Source: Candidatus Dormiibacterota bacterium
GTDB lineage: Bacteria; Chloroflexota; Dormibacteria; Dormibacterales; Dormibacteraceae
Direction: 5' to 3'
DNA length: 49,063 nucleotides
Assembly (NCBI GenBank): GCA_035473835.1
Contig: DATINX010000046.1
Coordinates: 1 to 49,063 of the forward strand
Shown piece after piece: positions 19,206 through 27,422 of the stretch; the first letter of the stretch is position 1; each line of letters starts with the position of its first letter. The translations under genes and the position numbers were made by a program. Below the pieces are notes generated by a model. It worked only from the letters and a program-made list of their open reading frames with translations. It did no database searches and had not been told where the DNA came from.

Positions 19206-20468
19206 CTATCCCTTGAAGGGCGAGGGCGCTCCTGGCGGCAGGTATGGAGTCGGGTCGACGGGCTTCTGGTTGATCCGGAGCTCAAAATGCAGGTGCGCTC
19301 CAGTGGAGTTCCCGCTCGATCCTTCGAGCCCTACCGGCTGGCCCTGCGTCACCGCCTCTCCGACCTTCACGACCGCGGTCGAGAGATGACCGTAAAGAGT
19401 GTCCAGCCCGCCGGCGTGAGCGATCACGACATAGTTGCCGTAGCCACTCCCTGAGGCGCCGACCAACGCCACCACACCGTCATCGGCTGCATAGACCGGC
19501 GAGCCGAACGGCTCGACGAGGTCGATCCCGGTATGGAAATGCGGGTAGGAACCATAAGCGGGCTCAAACCAGAAAGTGCTGGGGCCGAAAGGCTGAGAGA
19601 TCTGCGCTTGCGGCTCCGGCCAGATGAAGCGGTACTTGGTCGAGTGACCTGAGCTCGTCGGGATCTGGCCGACGTTGTTCGACTGGGACCACAGCTGCAC
19701 CTGCGTCCAGACTGCCTGCATGGCCGCGGCAATGATGGCGTCCTGCTGCTGCTGCAGCATGTCGGCGACCTGCTGCGCGAGCTGCGTCGACTGCCGGCTC
19801 AGGAGCCACAGCTCCGTCTGTGTCTGGCTGATCTTGACCTGCAGCGCGGTCATTGACTGCTCCTGCTGCACCTGCAGGTCCCGGAGCTGGCTCAGCTCGG
19901 AGTCGAGCTGGTCCCGCTGCCTGACCTGCTCGTCCCGGGCAAGCTGCTCCTTCTTGCGTTCCTTCTGGAGTTCGGCAAGGTCGCGCGTCAGGGTCGACTT
20001 GAGCTCGCTGGCTCGGGCTCCCGCCACGTTGAGGTCGGCGATTCGCGTGAGCAGGTCGCTCAGGTTCTGCGCCTCGCCAAGCACCACCAGCACCGACGTG
20101 GGTGCGACATAGATGGCGTGCGCGAGCTCGCGCAGCTGCGCGCGCTCGCTGTCGATGTGCTGGCCAAGTATCGCCTCGCGCCTCTGGGCATCCGCGATCT
20201 GGACGTCAAGGTCGGCGATCTTCTTCTGGACGTCGGAGATCTTTGCCTGCAAAGACTGCTGCTGCGCGGCGTTGTCCTGGAGCGACTTCCGCAGCTGCTC
20301 TTGAGCCGCCACCGCGTCGGCCAAATTGCTCCCAAGCTGCGCGCGTATCTGGTTGATCAGCGACAGCTGCTGCTGAGGGTCGATCGCCCCGGTGTCGGCG
20401 GTGGCGCCGGTCAGGCCGACCCCAAGCATCAATAACGCCACCGCGGCCGCGGTCAGAACGCCCCTCAC
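19206..20468 (-). CDS. Coiled-coil M23 (LytM-type) metallopeptidase, EnvC/PcsB-like position after ftsX
   Basis: Start set to GTG 20468-20466, which overlaps the ftsX TGA (GTGA). Signal/anchor VLTAAAVALLMLGVGL, then about 250 aa of Gln/Leu/Ala-rich heptad-like sequence. The C-terminal M23 domain carries HTGID (HxxxD) and HLH (HxH). Confidence 0.85.
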   Translation of the reverse strand: MRGVLTAAAVALLMLGVGLTGATADTGAIDPQQQLSLINQIRAQLGSNLADAVAAQEQLRKSLQDNAAQQQSLQAKISDVQKKIADLDVQIADAQRREAILGQHIDSERAQLRELAHAIYVAPTSVLVVLGEAQNLSDLLTRIADLNVAGARASELKSTLTRDLAELQKERKKEQLARDEQVRQRDQLDSELSQLRDLQVQQEQSMTALQVKISQTQTELWLLSRQSTQLAQQVADMLQQQQDAIIAAAMQAVWTQVQLWSQSNNVGQIPTSSGHSTKYRFIWPEPQAQISQPFGPSTFWFEPAYGSYPHFHTGIDLVEPFGSPVYAADDGVVALVGASGSGYGNYVVIAHAGGLDTLYGHLSTAVVKVGEAVTQGQPVGLEGSSGNSTGAHLHFELRINQKPVDPTPYLPPGAPSPFKG

Positions 20469-21412
20469 GATTCGAGGTGCCGGCGCAGGCTGACCAGGGA
20501 GGAGCCGGATCCGAGCCCAAGCCCGGCGGCGAACACCATTGCGGCGGTGAACGCGGCGACGGCGGCCGTCACGCCCGGGGCGAACTGCGCAAAGGAGGCC
20601 GAGCCCGCGGAGATGCCGGTCATCGCCAGGCCGAACGTGACCAGGCCGGCGGCGGCGCCCGCCAGGCCACCGGTGATTGCACCTTCGACGACGAACGGCC
20701 CGCGCACCATCCATCGAGGCGCGCCCACCAGCTGCATGATCGCGACCTCGTCTCGTCTGGAGTGGATGGCCGCGCGGATGCTGTTCATGGTCACGGTGAC
20801 GGCGACGAATCCGAGGAGGGCGAGAAAGGCGAGGCCCGCCGCCGCGACACCGAACAGCACAGCCTGGATGCGCTGGTAAGCGCCCTGGTCATACGAGGTG
20901 GGATAGAGGGGGTCGACGGCGATGTTGTTGCGAACCGCGCTATCGATGGCGGCCACATCCTTGATGTTCTTGACCTGCACGTCCAGGCTGGCCGGAAACG
21001 GGTTGCTGTCGCTGGCGTCGGCGATCTGAGGCAGACCCGGGATCCGCTGCGCGCGCTGGAGCGCTTCGGACTTCGTGGTATACGTCACGCGTGCAACGCG
21101 GCCGTCTTGGGCAAGCCTGTCCCATAGCGCGTTGACGTCCGCGGCGGCGGCGCTGTCGCGGATATACACGTGCAGGAGCGAAGCCTGGCCGGCTTCGACC
21201 TGCTCGAGGTTGTAGAGAGCGAATCCGCTCAGACCGATGAGGCCGGAGAGCAGCAGGAGCAGGGTCATCGAGCCAAGCGCAGGTGCCGTGCTGCTGATGT
21301 TCCGGACCCAGTTCCGACCGGCGCCTCGGAAGATGTAGCGGAGCACGTTGCCGGCGACAACCTGCACGATTCGCCGGCGCGGGAAGCGGCCGGTCACGAC
21401 GACGCCAGCCAC
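20465..21412 (-). CDS. ftsX: Cell-division permease-like protein FtsX
   Basis: 315 aa with one N-terminal TM, an extracellular domain, and three C-terminal TMs. Lies immediately after ftsE. Confidence 0.85.
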   Translation of the reverse strand: MAGVVVTGRFPRRRIVQVVAGNVLRYIFRGAGRNWVRNISSTAPALGSMTLLLLLSGLIGLSGFALYNLEQVEAGQASLLHVYIRDSAAAADVNALWDRLAQDGRVARVTYTTKSEALQRAQRIPGLPQIADASDSNPFPASLDVQVKNIKDVAAIDSAVRNNIAVDPLYPTSYDQGAYQRIQAVLFGVAAAGLAFLALLGFVAVTVTMNSIRAAIHSRRDEVAIMQLVGAPRWMVRGPFVVEGAITGGLAGAAAGLVTFGLAMTGISAGSASFAQFAPGVTAAVAAFTAAMVFAAGLGLGSGSSLVSLRRHLES

Positions 21413-22107
21413 GCCAACCTCCCCGTCTGGCCCGCCGGCTGGTCGCGCACCAGGCGGCCCTGCACCAGCGTGAGCACGCGCCGCTGGAGCCGCGTGACGA
21501 TCTCGACGTTGTGCGTCGCGATGAGGACCGCGGTGCCGAACGCGGCAATGTCCGCGAACAAGTCCATCATCTCCCAGGACGTGTCGAGGTCGAGGTTGCC
21601 CGTCGGCTCGTCCGCGATCAAAAGGGGCGGCTGCGCCACCACCGCTCGCGCCAGGGCGACCCGCTGCTGCTGGCCGCCGGAGAGCTGGGGCGGGAACGAG
21701 TTTCCGCGATCGCCGAGGCCTACCGCCTCGAGGGCGTCCATCGCACGATCGGCCGCCTCTTCGTCGGAGACGCGAAGGTCGCCCACCTGAAGGGCGAACG
21801 CCACGTTTTCCCTGGCCGTGAGCCGGGGCAGCAGCTTGTAGTCCTGGAACACGACGCCCACCCGCCGGCGTAGGTCGGCGATGCGCGACCTCTTCAGGGT
21901 GTGGGCCGGAATGCCATCGACCCAGACCTCGCCGGTGGTCGGGCGAATCTCGCGGTTGATCAGCTTCAGGAGGGTGGTCTTGCCGGCGCCGCTCGGGCCG
22001 ACCAGGAACGTGAGCTCACCTGGCTCCAGGGTCAGGTGCACGTCGTCGAGCGCGATCCTGGCTCCGTACGCCCGCGTCACGGCAACGAACTCGACTATCG
22101 ATGGCAA
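21394..22107 (-). CDS. ftsE: Cell-division ABC ATPase FtsE
   Basis: Walker A GPSGAGKTT, signature LSGGQQQR, Walker B LLIADEPT. Start set to TTG 22107 (LPSIVEFVAVTRAY). The ORF-track extension to 22356 is Arg-rich shadow. Confidence 0.9.
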   Translation of the reverse strand: MPSIVEFVAVTRAYGARIALDDVHLTLEPGELTFLVGPSGAGKTTLLKLINREIRPTTGEVWVDGIPAHTLKRSRIADLRRRVGVVFQDYKLLPRLTARENVAFALQVGDLRVSDEEAADRAMDALEAVGLGDRGNSFPPQLSGGQQQRVALARAVVAQPPLLIADEPTGNLDLDTSWEMMDLFADIAAFGTAVLIATHNVEIVTRLQRRVLTLVQGRLVRDQPAGQTGRLAWLASS

Positions 22108-22232
22108 TCCGTTAGGGGTAACGGGGAATCGGCCCGATCCCGTGGCGCTTGGGGTTAAGGGATGTAAGTTCTGGTAAAGGCGCTCCAGCGCCGTCTGGGA
22201 AGCTCCGGAACTCGATGCAGCCGGCCAGGGCC

Positions 22233-22757
22233 TCAGTGGTGGCTGTCGCGCTCCCGCTCGGAGATCTCGTCGATGCAAACGGCGGCGGCCAGCATGAGCG
22301 CGTGGTCGACGTCCGGCGCGACTGCGATGCCATATGAGTCGCGAAGCGAAAACCACTGGCGCGATATCTGTGCGACCGGGACGTCGTTGATGCGTACCCC
22401 ATATTCGTGATTGGTGATGTCGCCCTGCGCCTCATACGCCGGGCCGCCCTCGACCTGGATGGTGTAGTGCTGATGGAGCAGCGTGAGCAGCGCTTTGGTC
22501 ACGGTCGCGTAAAGCTGGCTCTGGCGCGTGATCTTCATCGTGGGCTGAAGCGCGATCAGCTTTGTCTCAACCGAGAGCAGCTCGTTTCCGCTCTGGTCCT
22601 CGAGTAGAAACGTCTCCCTCAGGCTGAGAGCTTTGCCATCGACCTTGAAGACGGACTCGCCCCGATCGTCCTCGATCCAGAAGTCTTCTCCGATGGAGAA
22701 GATCGACCGCTGGAGCTTGTAGCGCGTCCAGGAACCGTTCTGGATCGGGACCCCTAT
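22233..22757 (-). CDS. LURP-one-related / tubby-C-terminal-like (YxjI, DUF567-type) protein; no canonical start codon
   Basis: The ORF track shows only the C-terminal 101 aa, from ATG 22538. My in-frame upstream translation continues as ...IGVPIQNGSWTRYKLQRSIFSIGEDFWIEDDRGESVFKVDGKALSLRETFLLEDQSGNELLSVETKLIALQPT-MKITRQ..., which is the family N-terminal half. There is no in-frame ATG/GTG/TTG upstream. Candidates are ATA 22757 (overlapping the upstream TAG as ATAG) or ATC 22745. Confidence 0.65.
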   Translation of the reverse strand: MGVPIQNGSWTRYKLQRSIFSIGEDFWIEDDRGESVFKVDGKALSLRETFLLEDQSGNELLSVETKLIALQPTMKITRQSQLYATVTKALLTLLHQHYTIQVEGGPAYEAQGDITNHEYGVRINDVPVAQISRQWFSLRDSYGIAVAPDVDHALMLAAAVCIDEISERERDSHH

Positions 22758-23281
22758 TTGGCCGAGAGCAGCCTGGTTTTGGCCGCCTCCTCCGTACCGA
22801 CGCCAACGAGGAGCAGCCAGGCCCCAGTCACGATGAAGATAAACGAGGACATCATTCCAAGCCCGATCACATAAAGCCCGCCCGTCGCACCGAAGAAGAG
22901 CGCGACGGCACCGACCTGCTCGACCACCAGGCAGGCGAAGCTACCAAGCGTCCGGTACAGCACCCATCTGTCAGCGCCGGCCGCGGCCGATCGGATGCTG
23001 CGGTAGAGGATGGCCTCGACGACCGCGACCACGACGATCAGCTCGACTGCGACCGCCTGCGCGGTCTGCCCGCCCATCAGCACGAGCGAGCAGCGGATGA
23101 AGATGGCCGTCAGGCCGGCGAGGATGGTTCGGGCGCGATGTCGATGCACGACGTTGGTCGTGATCTCCTCAAGGTGCAGGGTCATCGCCACGAAGACGAG
23201 CCCGGTGAGGGCGGCAGCGCCCCCACCTACGGTCATGAAGTAGTCGTGCCACAGGCCGGCGTTGAAGCTGGTCGCCGGCAT
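22754..23281 (-). CDS. Integral membrane protein (about 5 TM), family not recognised
   Basis: 175 aa made largely of hydrophobic helices (LTGLVFVAMTL, ILAGLTAIFIRCSLVLMG, VAVELIVVVAVVEAIL, and others). Confidence 0.6.
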   Translation of the reverse strand: MPATSFNAGLWHDYFMTVGGGAAALTGLVFVAMTLHLEEITTNVVHRHRARTILAGLTAIFIRCSLVLMGGQTAQAVAVELIVVVAVVEAILYRSIRSAAAGADRWVLYRTLGSFACLVVEQVGAVALFFGATGGLYVIGLGMMSSFIFIVTGAWLLLVGVGTEEAAKTRLLSAK

Positions 23282-23289
23282 CTACGCGC

Positions 23290-23721
23290 TCAGAGCGGCG
23301 ACGTCAGCTCGAGCTGAATGTTGTCAGGGTCGCGGAACGGGAGCACGCAGATCCCGAATGACGTGAGCTCTCTGACCTCGCCATGTGGTACTCCGCGTTG
23401 GTCCAGAACGCGAATCGCCTCGTCGAGTGCGGCGCGGCTTCCGAGGCTGAAGCTCAGGTGGTCGAGTCCGACGCGGTCCTCGTCGAATCGGTCGCCCTTC
23501 GCCGCCACCGGCCGAAGCCCGAGCAGGTAGCTGCCCCTCGTCATCACCACCCCACCCCACAGCACCGGGTAGGTCGGATCGGATTTCGGATCCTCCGATG
23601 GTGGCGCGGCGGCGGCGACGTCGAACCCGAGCAGGTCCGTGTAGAACTCTCGACTCCGTTCGATGTCCGTCACGGTCAATCGTAGATGGTGAATCCCGCC
23701 CAGCTCGATCTGCCCAGCCAT
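23290..23721 (-). CDS. VOC-family (glyoxalase/bleomycin-resistance/dioxygenase) protein
   Basis: Start at ATG 23721 giving MAGQIELGGIHHLRLTVTDIERSREFYTDLLGF...GLDHLSF...FRDPDNIQLEL. Confidence 0.82.
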   Translation of the reverse strand: MAGQIELGGIHHLRLTVTDIERSREFYTDLLGFDVAAAAPPSEDPKSDPTYPVLWGGVVMTRGSYLLGLRPVAAKGDRFDEDRVGLDHLSFSLGSRAALDEAIRVLDQRGVPHGEVRELTSFGICVLPFRDPDNIQLELTSPL

Positions 23722-23825
23722 CGCCACTCCCCGATGCAATCGTGGCGCGCACCCCAACACAAGGTGCCGCGAAGCCTTCGCTCGGGCCCATTATCGCGAT
23801 GCCCGGACCCCTGCGCCTGGCCACA

Positions 23826-23845
23826 TATAGAAGGACGCGCGCGGG
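23826..23845 (+). repeat. Copy A of the recurring 20-nt motif
   Basis: TATAGAAGGACGCGCGCGGG, located 8 nt past the MFS stop (23854, minus strand) and about 105 nt upstream of the VOC gene start (23721). Confidence 0.6.
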
Positions 23846-23853
23846 CAGAGCCG

Positions 23854-25038
23854 CTAGCGCTCCCGCGACGCACGCGGCGTTTCGTGGGCGGCCGGACGAC
23901 GGGAGAAAGCCGCGTAGAGGCCGAGGTCATAGGAGATCTTCAGGACGCCGGCGAGCAGGAACGGAACGCCCGCCGCGGCGGCCTGGATGGCCACCCCGGC
24001 GATTACCGGACCGGCCGCCTGCGTCACGCCCCGGACCGTGCCAGTGAACGCGAGGGCTCCCGCACGCTCGGACGGCGGGACGATCGAAGCAACGTACGCC
24101 TGGCGGGCCGGTACGTCCATCGACGAAATGCAGGAGCGGAGCAAGAGCAGGGTGAGCGCGACCGCGAGGTTCGGACTGAAAGGCACGACCATCAAGAACA
24201 GGCTGCTCGGCAGGTGGGTGAAGACCATCGTTCGAACAAGGCCGATCCTGTCGGCCAGCCGGCCCGCCACCTCGTAGGAGGTCGCCTGCACGAGCGCGAA
24301 AAGAGCGAATGACGGGCCGAGCACTGCGCTTCCGGCCCCGAACCGGATGTGCAGCCAGTAGGCGACGACTGCCTGCAAGACCAGCCCGCCACCCAGCGCA
24401 TCGACCCCGAACAAAGCGGCAAGCGTGGCGACGGGTCGAACCGATGCCCGGCTCACTATCGGGCCGCGGGACGCCGAGTCGACCTTCGGCGAAAGGAAGA
24501 GGCTGATGGCCCCTGTCGCGATGCCGAGCGCTGCAAAGACCAGGAACAAAGCCTGGATCCGGCTGGGGCTGGTGCCGAATGCGGCGGCCAGCCCGCCGGC
24601 CGCCAGGGCCAGGCCTCCGGTCAGCGAGTAGCGTCCGAACGCCCGGTTCCGGCGCCGGTCAGGGACCGCATCCACCAGCGCCGCCTGCTCGATCGGAAGG
24701 AATGGCCCAAGGTCAACGCCCGACGCGCCGAGCATGCCCGTCGCTCCCGCCAGGACCAGCAGGATGGGCTGCGTGGCCAGCGCGAGATCGGCACCGGTCA
24801 CGGCCATCATCAGGCCGGTCGCGGCCAGAACGGACCGGCGTCCGATCTTCGCCGAGAGGGCTGCGAGGGGGAACCCGTAGAGAGCCGCGGCCAGGACGCC
24901 GATCGAAAGAGCCAAGCCCAGCGACCCGCCACCCAGGCCCAGCTCCTCGAACCGCAGGCCGAGTAGCACCGGCACCAGCCCGAAGCCGAAGCTGCGCAGC
25001 ACCCTCGCGACCAGCAGCAGACGGTAGTCGCGTCCCAT
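23854..25038 (-). CDS. MFS transporter
   Basis: 394 aa with about 12 hydrophobic segments and a GRRSV-type loop after TM2 (KIGRRSVL). Confidence 0.8.
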   Translation of the reverse strand: MGRDYRLLLVARVLRSFGFGLVPVLLGLRFEELGLGGGSLGLALSIGVLAAALYGFPLAALSAKIGRRSVLAATGLMMAVTGADLALATQPILLVLAGATGMLGASGVDLGPFLPIEQAALVDAVPDRRRNRAFGRYSLTGGLALAAGGLAAAFGTSPSRIQALFLVFAALGIATGAISLFLSPKVDSASRGPIVSRASVRPVATLAALFGVDALGGGLVLQAVVAYWLHIRFGAGSAVLGPSFALFALVQATSYEVAGRLADRIGLVRTMVFTHLPSSLFLMVVPFSPNLAVALTLLLLRSCISSMDVPARQAYVASIVPPSERAGALAFTGTVRGVTQAAGPVIAGVAIQAAAAGVPFLLAGVLKISYDLGLYAAFSRRPAAHETPRASRER

Positions 25039-25105
25039 CTGATTGGAAGTATTGGGCAGCGCCTGCCACCCGCCCCCCTCCGCCGATCCGTGCTTAGCCC
25101 GTCCT

Positions 25106-25127
25106 TAACCAATCTGCCCCCGGCCTT
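25106..25127 (-). terminator. Perfect 9-bp GC hairpin downstream of the paiB-like gene
   Basis: GCCCCCGGC-CTTC-GCCGGGGGC, located 28 nt after the stop at 25156. On the minus strand it is followed by AGATTGGTT. Confidence 0.45.
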
Positions 25128-25155
25128 CGCCGGGGGCAAATCCACCCGCTGAAAG

Positions 25156-25767
25156 TCAGCGGTCCAGGACCGAGGCCTCGATGACATCGGCGGCCCGGAC
25201 ATCTCCCGGCCGGCCTCGCTCGCGAAGCCTGGCGGCGACACGTCGCTTGGTCTCCGGTGGGCCGGCGGGTCCGGTCTTGAACTTGACGTGGCTGCGCACG
25301 ACCCGCAGCCGCATCGTGGCCAGACGCCTCAAGCGAGCGCCGTAGAAGTCGCCGACCTGCACCGGCTCGTACGACCGGCCGCCCTCATACGCGGCGAGGA
25401 GCCTGCGAAGGGCACCGGCAACCTCTTCGGGATCCGTCGAAGTTCGTTCAACATCGCATTCGAACGCCACCGCGCGGAAATGGAGCGTGGCCCGGCCGGC
25501 ATCGCGGTCGTCGACCCAGTCGTGAGGGGACCACGCGAGAAAGTCCGAGACGAGAAAAGTCACGCGAGGGTTGGCCCGGACCGCGTCAAAGGTGGGATCC
25601 GCCTGCACGCAATGGAGCTCGATGAGGTCGGCAGTCTTGACGAACGGCAGGATGCTGACCTGCGGATAGCCCTCTGCAGAGCACGCGATCAGCGTCCCAT
25701 GCCGCATCTCGGCCACAAATCGTTCGGCTGCCGCCTGGTCGGGCGGGTAGTTCGAGCTCGCGAACAT
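25156..25767 (-). CDS. FMN-binding negative transcriptional regulator (PaiB family)
   Basis: 203 aa from ATG 25767 (MFASSNYPPDQAAAERFVAEMRHGTLIA...PFV...LHCVQADP), a pattern typical of PaiB-like proteins. The ORF-track extension to 26124 overlaps the divergent ferritin-like gene. Confidence 0.75.
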   Translation of the reverse strand: MFASSNYPPDQAAAERFVAEMRHGTLIACSAEGYPQVSILPFVKTADLIELHCVQADPTFDAVRANPRVTFLVSDFLAWSPHDWVDDRDAGRATLHFRAVAFECDVERTSTDPEEVAGALRRLLAAYEGGRSYEPVQVGDFYGARLRRLATMRLRVVRSHVKFKTGPAGPPETKRRVAARLRERGRPGDVRAADVIEASVLDR

Positions 25768-25903
25768 GCGGTTAGTCTGGCAGCACTCACGCTGTAACTC
25801 GCCCGAGTAATCCCGGTCAGACGCAGCGATGCGTGGGGTGCGCGCCCTTGTGAATCTCGGAGCAGCTGGCGGGTTGTGAGTTGCGGAGCTCAAAGGAACG
25901 ACC

Positions 25904-27001
25904 ATGCAAAAAGCATCGAAACTGTCCACGCGCGTCGCGAGCCGGCGCGCTTTCCTCCTGACCGGACTTGCCGTTGGCGCAGGTGCGGCCGGCACGAGCG
26001 TATTCGCGGGCGCCCTGCCGGCCCTGGCCAAAACCACCAGAGGCCTGACCTCGGGAGACGCGGCGATCCTTCGGTTTCTTTCGGCTCTCGAGATCCTCGA
26101 AACCGATCTCTGGCAGCAGTACAACGAGCTCGGCGGAATCCAGGATGCCGAGGTGCCTGGTGGCAGCGGCAGCCCCGCCTACGTGCAGAAGCTGCAGGTG
26201 CTTGACATGGACATGCCCCAGTACATCCACGACAACACCGAGGACGAGTTCTCCCACTTCACGTTCATCAATGCATACCTCACGTCGAAGGGCCGCGCGC
26301 TCGTGAACCTGGATGAATTCAAGAAACTGCCAAGCAGCAAGGCGACGGGTGCTCAGCAGATCAAGCGCCTGACCAACCTGATGGAGCTGTCGCCGGACAC
26401 CAGCTGGTACACGCGGTACCGAAGCCGGACCGGAAACCCCGACCTCGGTGACACGTTCGCGCCGGCGATTCCCGGCCTGAAGAAGGGGGCGTTTCCGGCC
26501 ATCCCACGTGATAACGCAGACCTCGCGCCGGACGACCACATCCAGGCGATCGCCAACACCGCCGGGTTCCACTTCGGGACCATCGAGCAGGGGGGCAGCA
26601 GCCTTTATCCATCCCTCGCTCAGCGGGTCACGAGCCCCGAGGTGCTGCGGATCCTGCTGAGCATCGGACCCACCGAAACGATGCACTTCCAGACCTGGCA
26701 GGACAAGGCCGGAAACGCAAAGCCGCTGACCGACCCCACCAACGGCCTGGTCTTCCCCGACCTGAACAATCCGCCGTCCGAAGACACGCAGACCAACCTG
26801 ATCATGCCCGAGCCGACGTCCTTCTTGCGCCGAACGTTTCCGCCGGTTTCCATCATCCGGCCGACCCAAACCATAGGCGCGGCAATGGGGGCGGTGAAGG
26901 CCCTCACGGCCGACGGCCTGTTTAAGGGCCAGAAACAAGCATTCTTCGATCGGTTGAATGAGATGGCCGAGGCCGCAGACGCGGCTCGCATCGAGGCCTA
27001 G
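25904..27001 (+). CDS. Tat-exported ferritin-like domain protein
   Basis: 365 aa with twin-arginine signal SRRAFLLTGLAVGAGAAG...ALA. Followed by ILRFLSALEILETDLWQQY and DNTEDEFSHFTFINAYL, helices resembling ferritin-like four-helix-bundle motifs. Confidence 0.75.
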   Translation: MQKASKLSTRVASRRAFLLTGLAVGAGAAGTSVFAGALPALAKTTRGLTSGDAAILRFLSALEILETDLWQQYNELGGIQDAEVPGGSGSPAYVQKLQVLDMDMPQYIHDNTEDEFSHFTFINAYLTSKGRALVNLDEFKKLPSSKATGAQQIKRLTNLMELSPDTSWYTRYRSRTGNPDLGDTFAPAIPGLKKGAFPAIPRDNADLAPDDHIQAIANTAGFHFGTIEQGGSSLYPSLAQRVTSPEVLRILLSIGPTETMHFQTWQDKAGNAKPLTDPTNGLVFPDLNNPPSEDTQTNLIMPEPTSFLRRTFPPVSIIRPTQTIGAAMGAVKALTADGLFKGQKQAFFDRLNEMAEAADAARIEA

Positions 27002-27010
27002 ACACCGGTA

Positions 27011-27058
27011 GGGGCTCAGGCCGGGCAGACCAGCGCCTGAGCCCCAACCTTGTTTCTC
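27011..27058 (+). terminator. Intrinsic terminator (possibly bidirectional)
   Basis: Perfect 11-bp stem GGGGCTCAGGC (27011-27021) / GCCTGAGCCCC (27035-27045) with a 13-nt loop, followed by AACCTTGTTTCTC. It lies between convergent genes ending at 27001 (+) and 27083 (-). Confidence 0.7.
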
Positions 27059-27082
27059 AACACGAACCGCCGCGTTCCATCT

Positions 27083-27352
27083 CTATCTCGACCCTCCGGT
27101 CACCACCGTCGGATACCCGCCGCCCGGTCCGAAGGAGCCATCTGACGGACCCTGGAGGGAGCCATCGCCCGAGGACTGCGTCGATCCGGTGGAAGCGGAA
27201 TCGCTGTGACCCGGAATCGTGGTCGCGGCGATCACTGAGAGCGCCGCGACCAACCCGGCGCCAACCACAAGGCACGCGGTGGTCAGGTCGCGCAGCTTCT
27301 GCAGGCTCCGATCCCGCTGTTCGCTGAGTGTGATGGCCGGTCCCAACACCAC
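27083..27352 (-). CDS. Small membrane-anchored Ser/Gly-rich protein (hypothetical)
   Basis: One TM (ACLVVGAGLVAALSVIAATTI) followed by a Ser/Gly/Thr-rich tail. GC3 bias supports coding. Start placed at GTG 27352, because the ORF-track start 27415 leaves only 7 nt to the divergent adh start. Confidence 0.45.
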   Translation of the reverse strand: MVLGPAITLSEQRDRSLQKLRDLTTACLVVGAGLVAALSVIAATTIPGHSDSASTGSTQSSGDGSLQGPSDGSFGPGGGYPTVVTGGSR

Positions 27353-27422
27353 GTGAAAGTACCAGGCCAACCTTGGAAAACCCTGTGTCCGCCCGAATGG
27401 GAGGCGCACACTCAAATCAGGG

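Noticed and set aside
19675-20112. A Cys/Ser-rich 145-aa plus-strand ORF (MFDWDHSCTCVQTACMAAAMMASCCCCSMSATCC...) that superficially resembles a metallothionein or lanthipeptide-like precursor.
   Set aside because: It is the antisense reading of the Gln/Leu/Ala-rich coiled-coil region of the M23 peptidase gene, where CAG/CTG/GCA codons read as Cys/Ser/Ala on the other strand. It has no independent start context.
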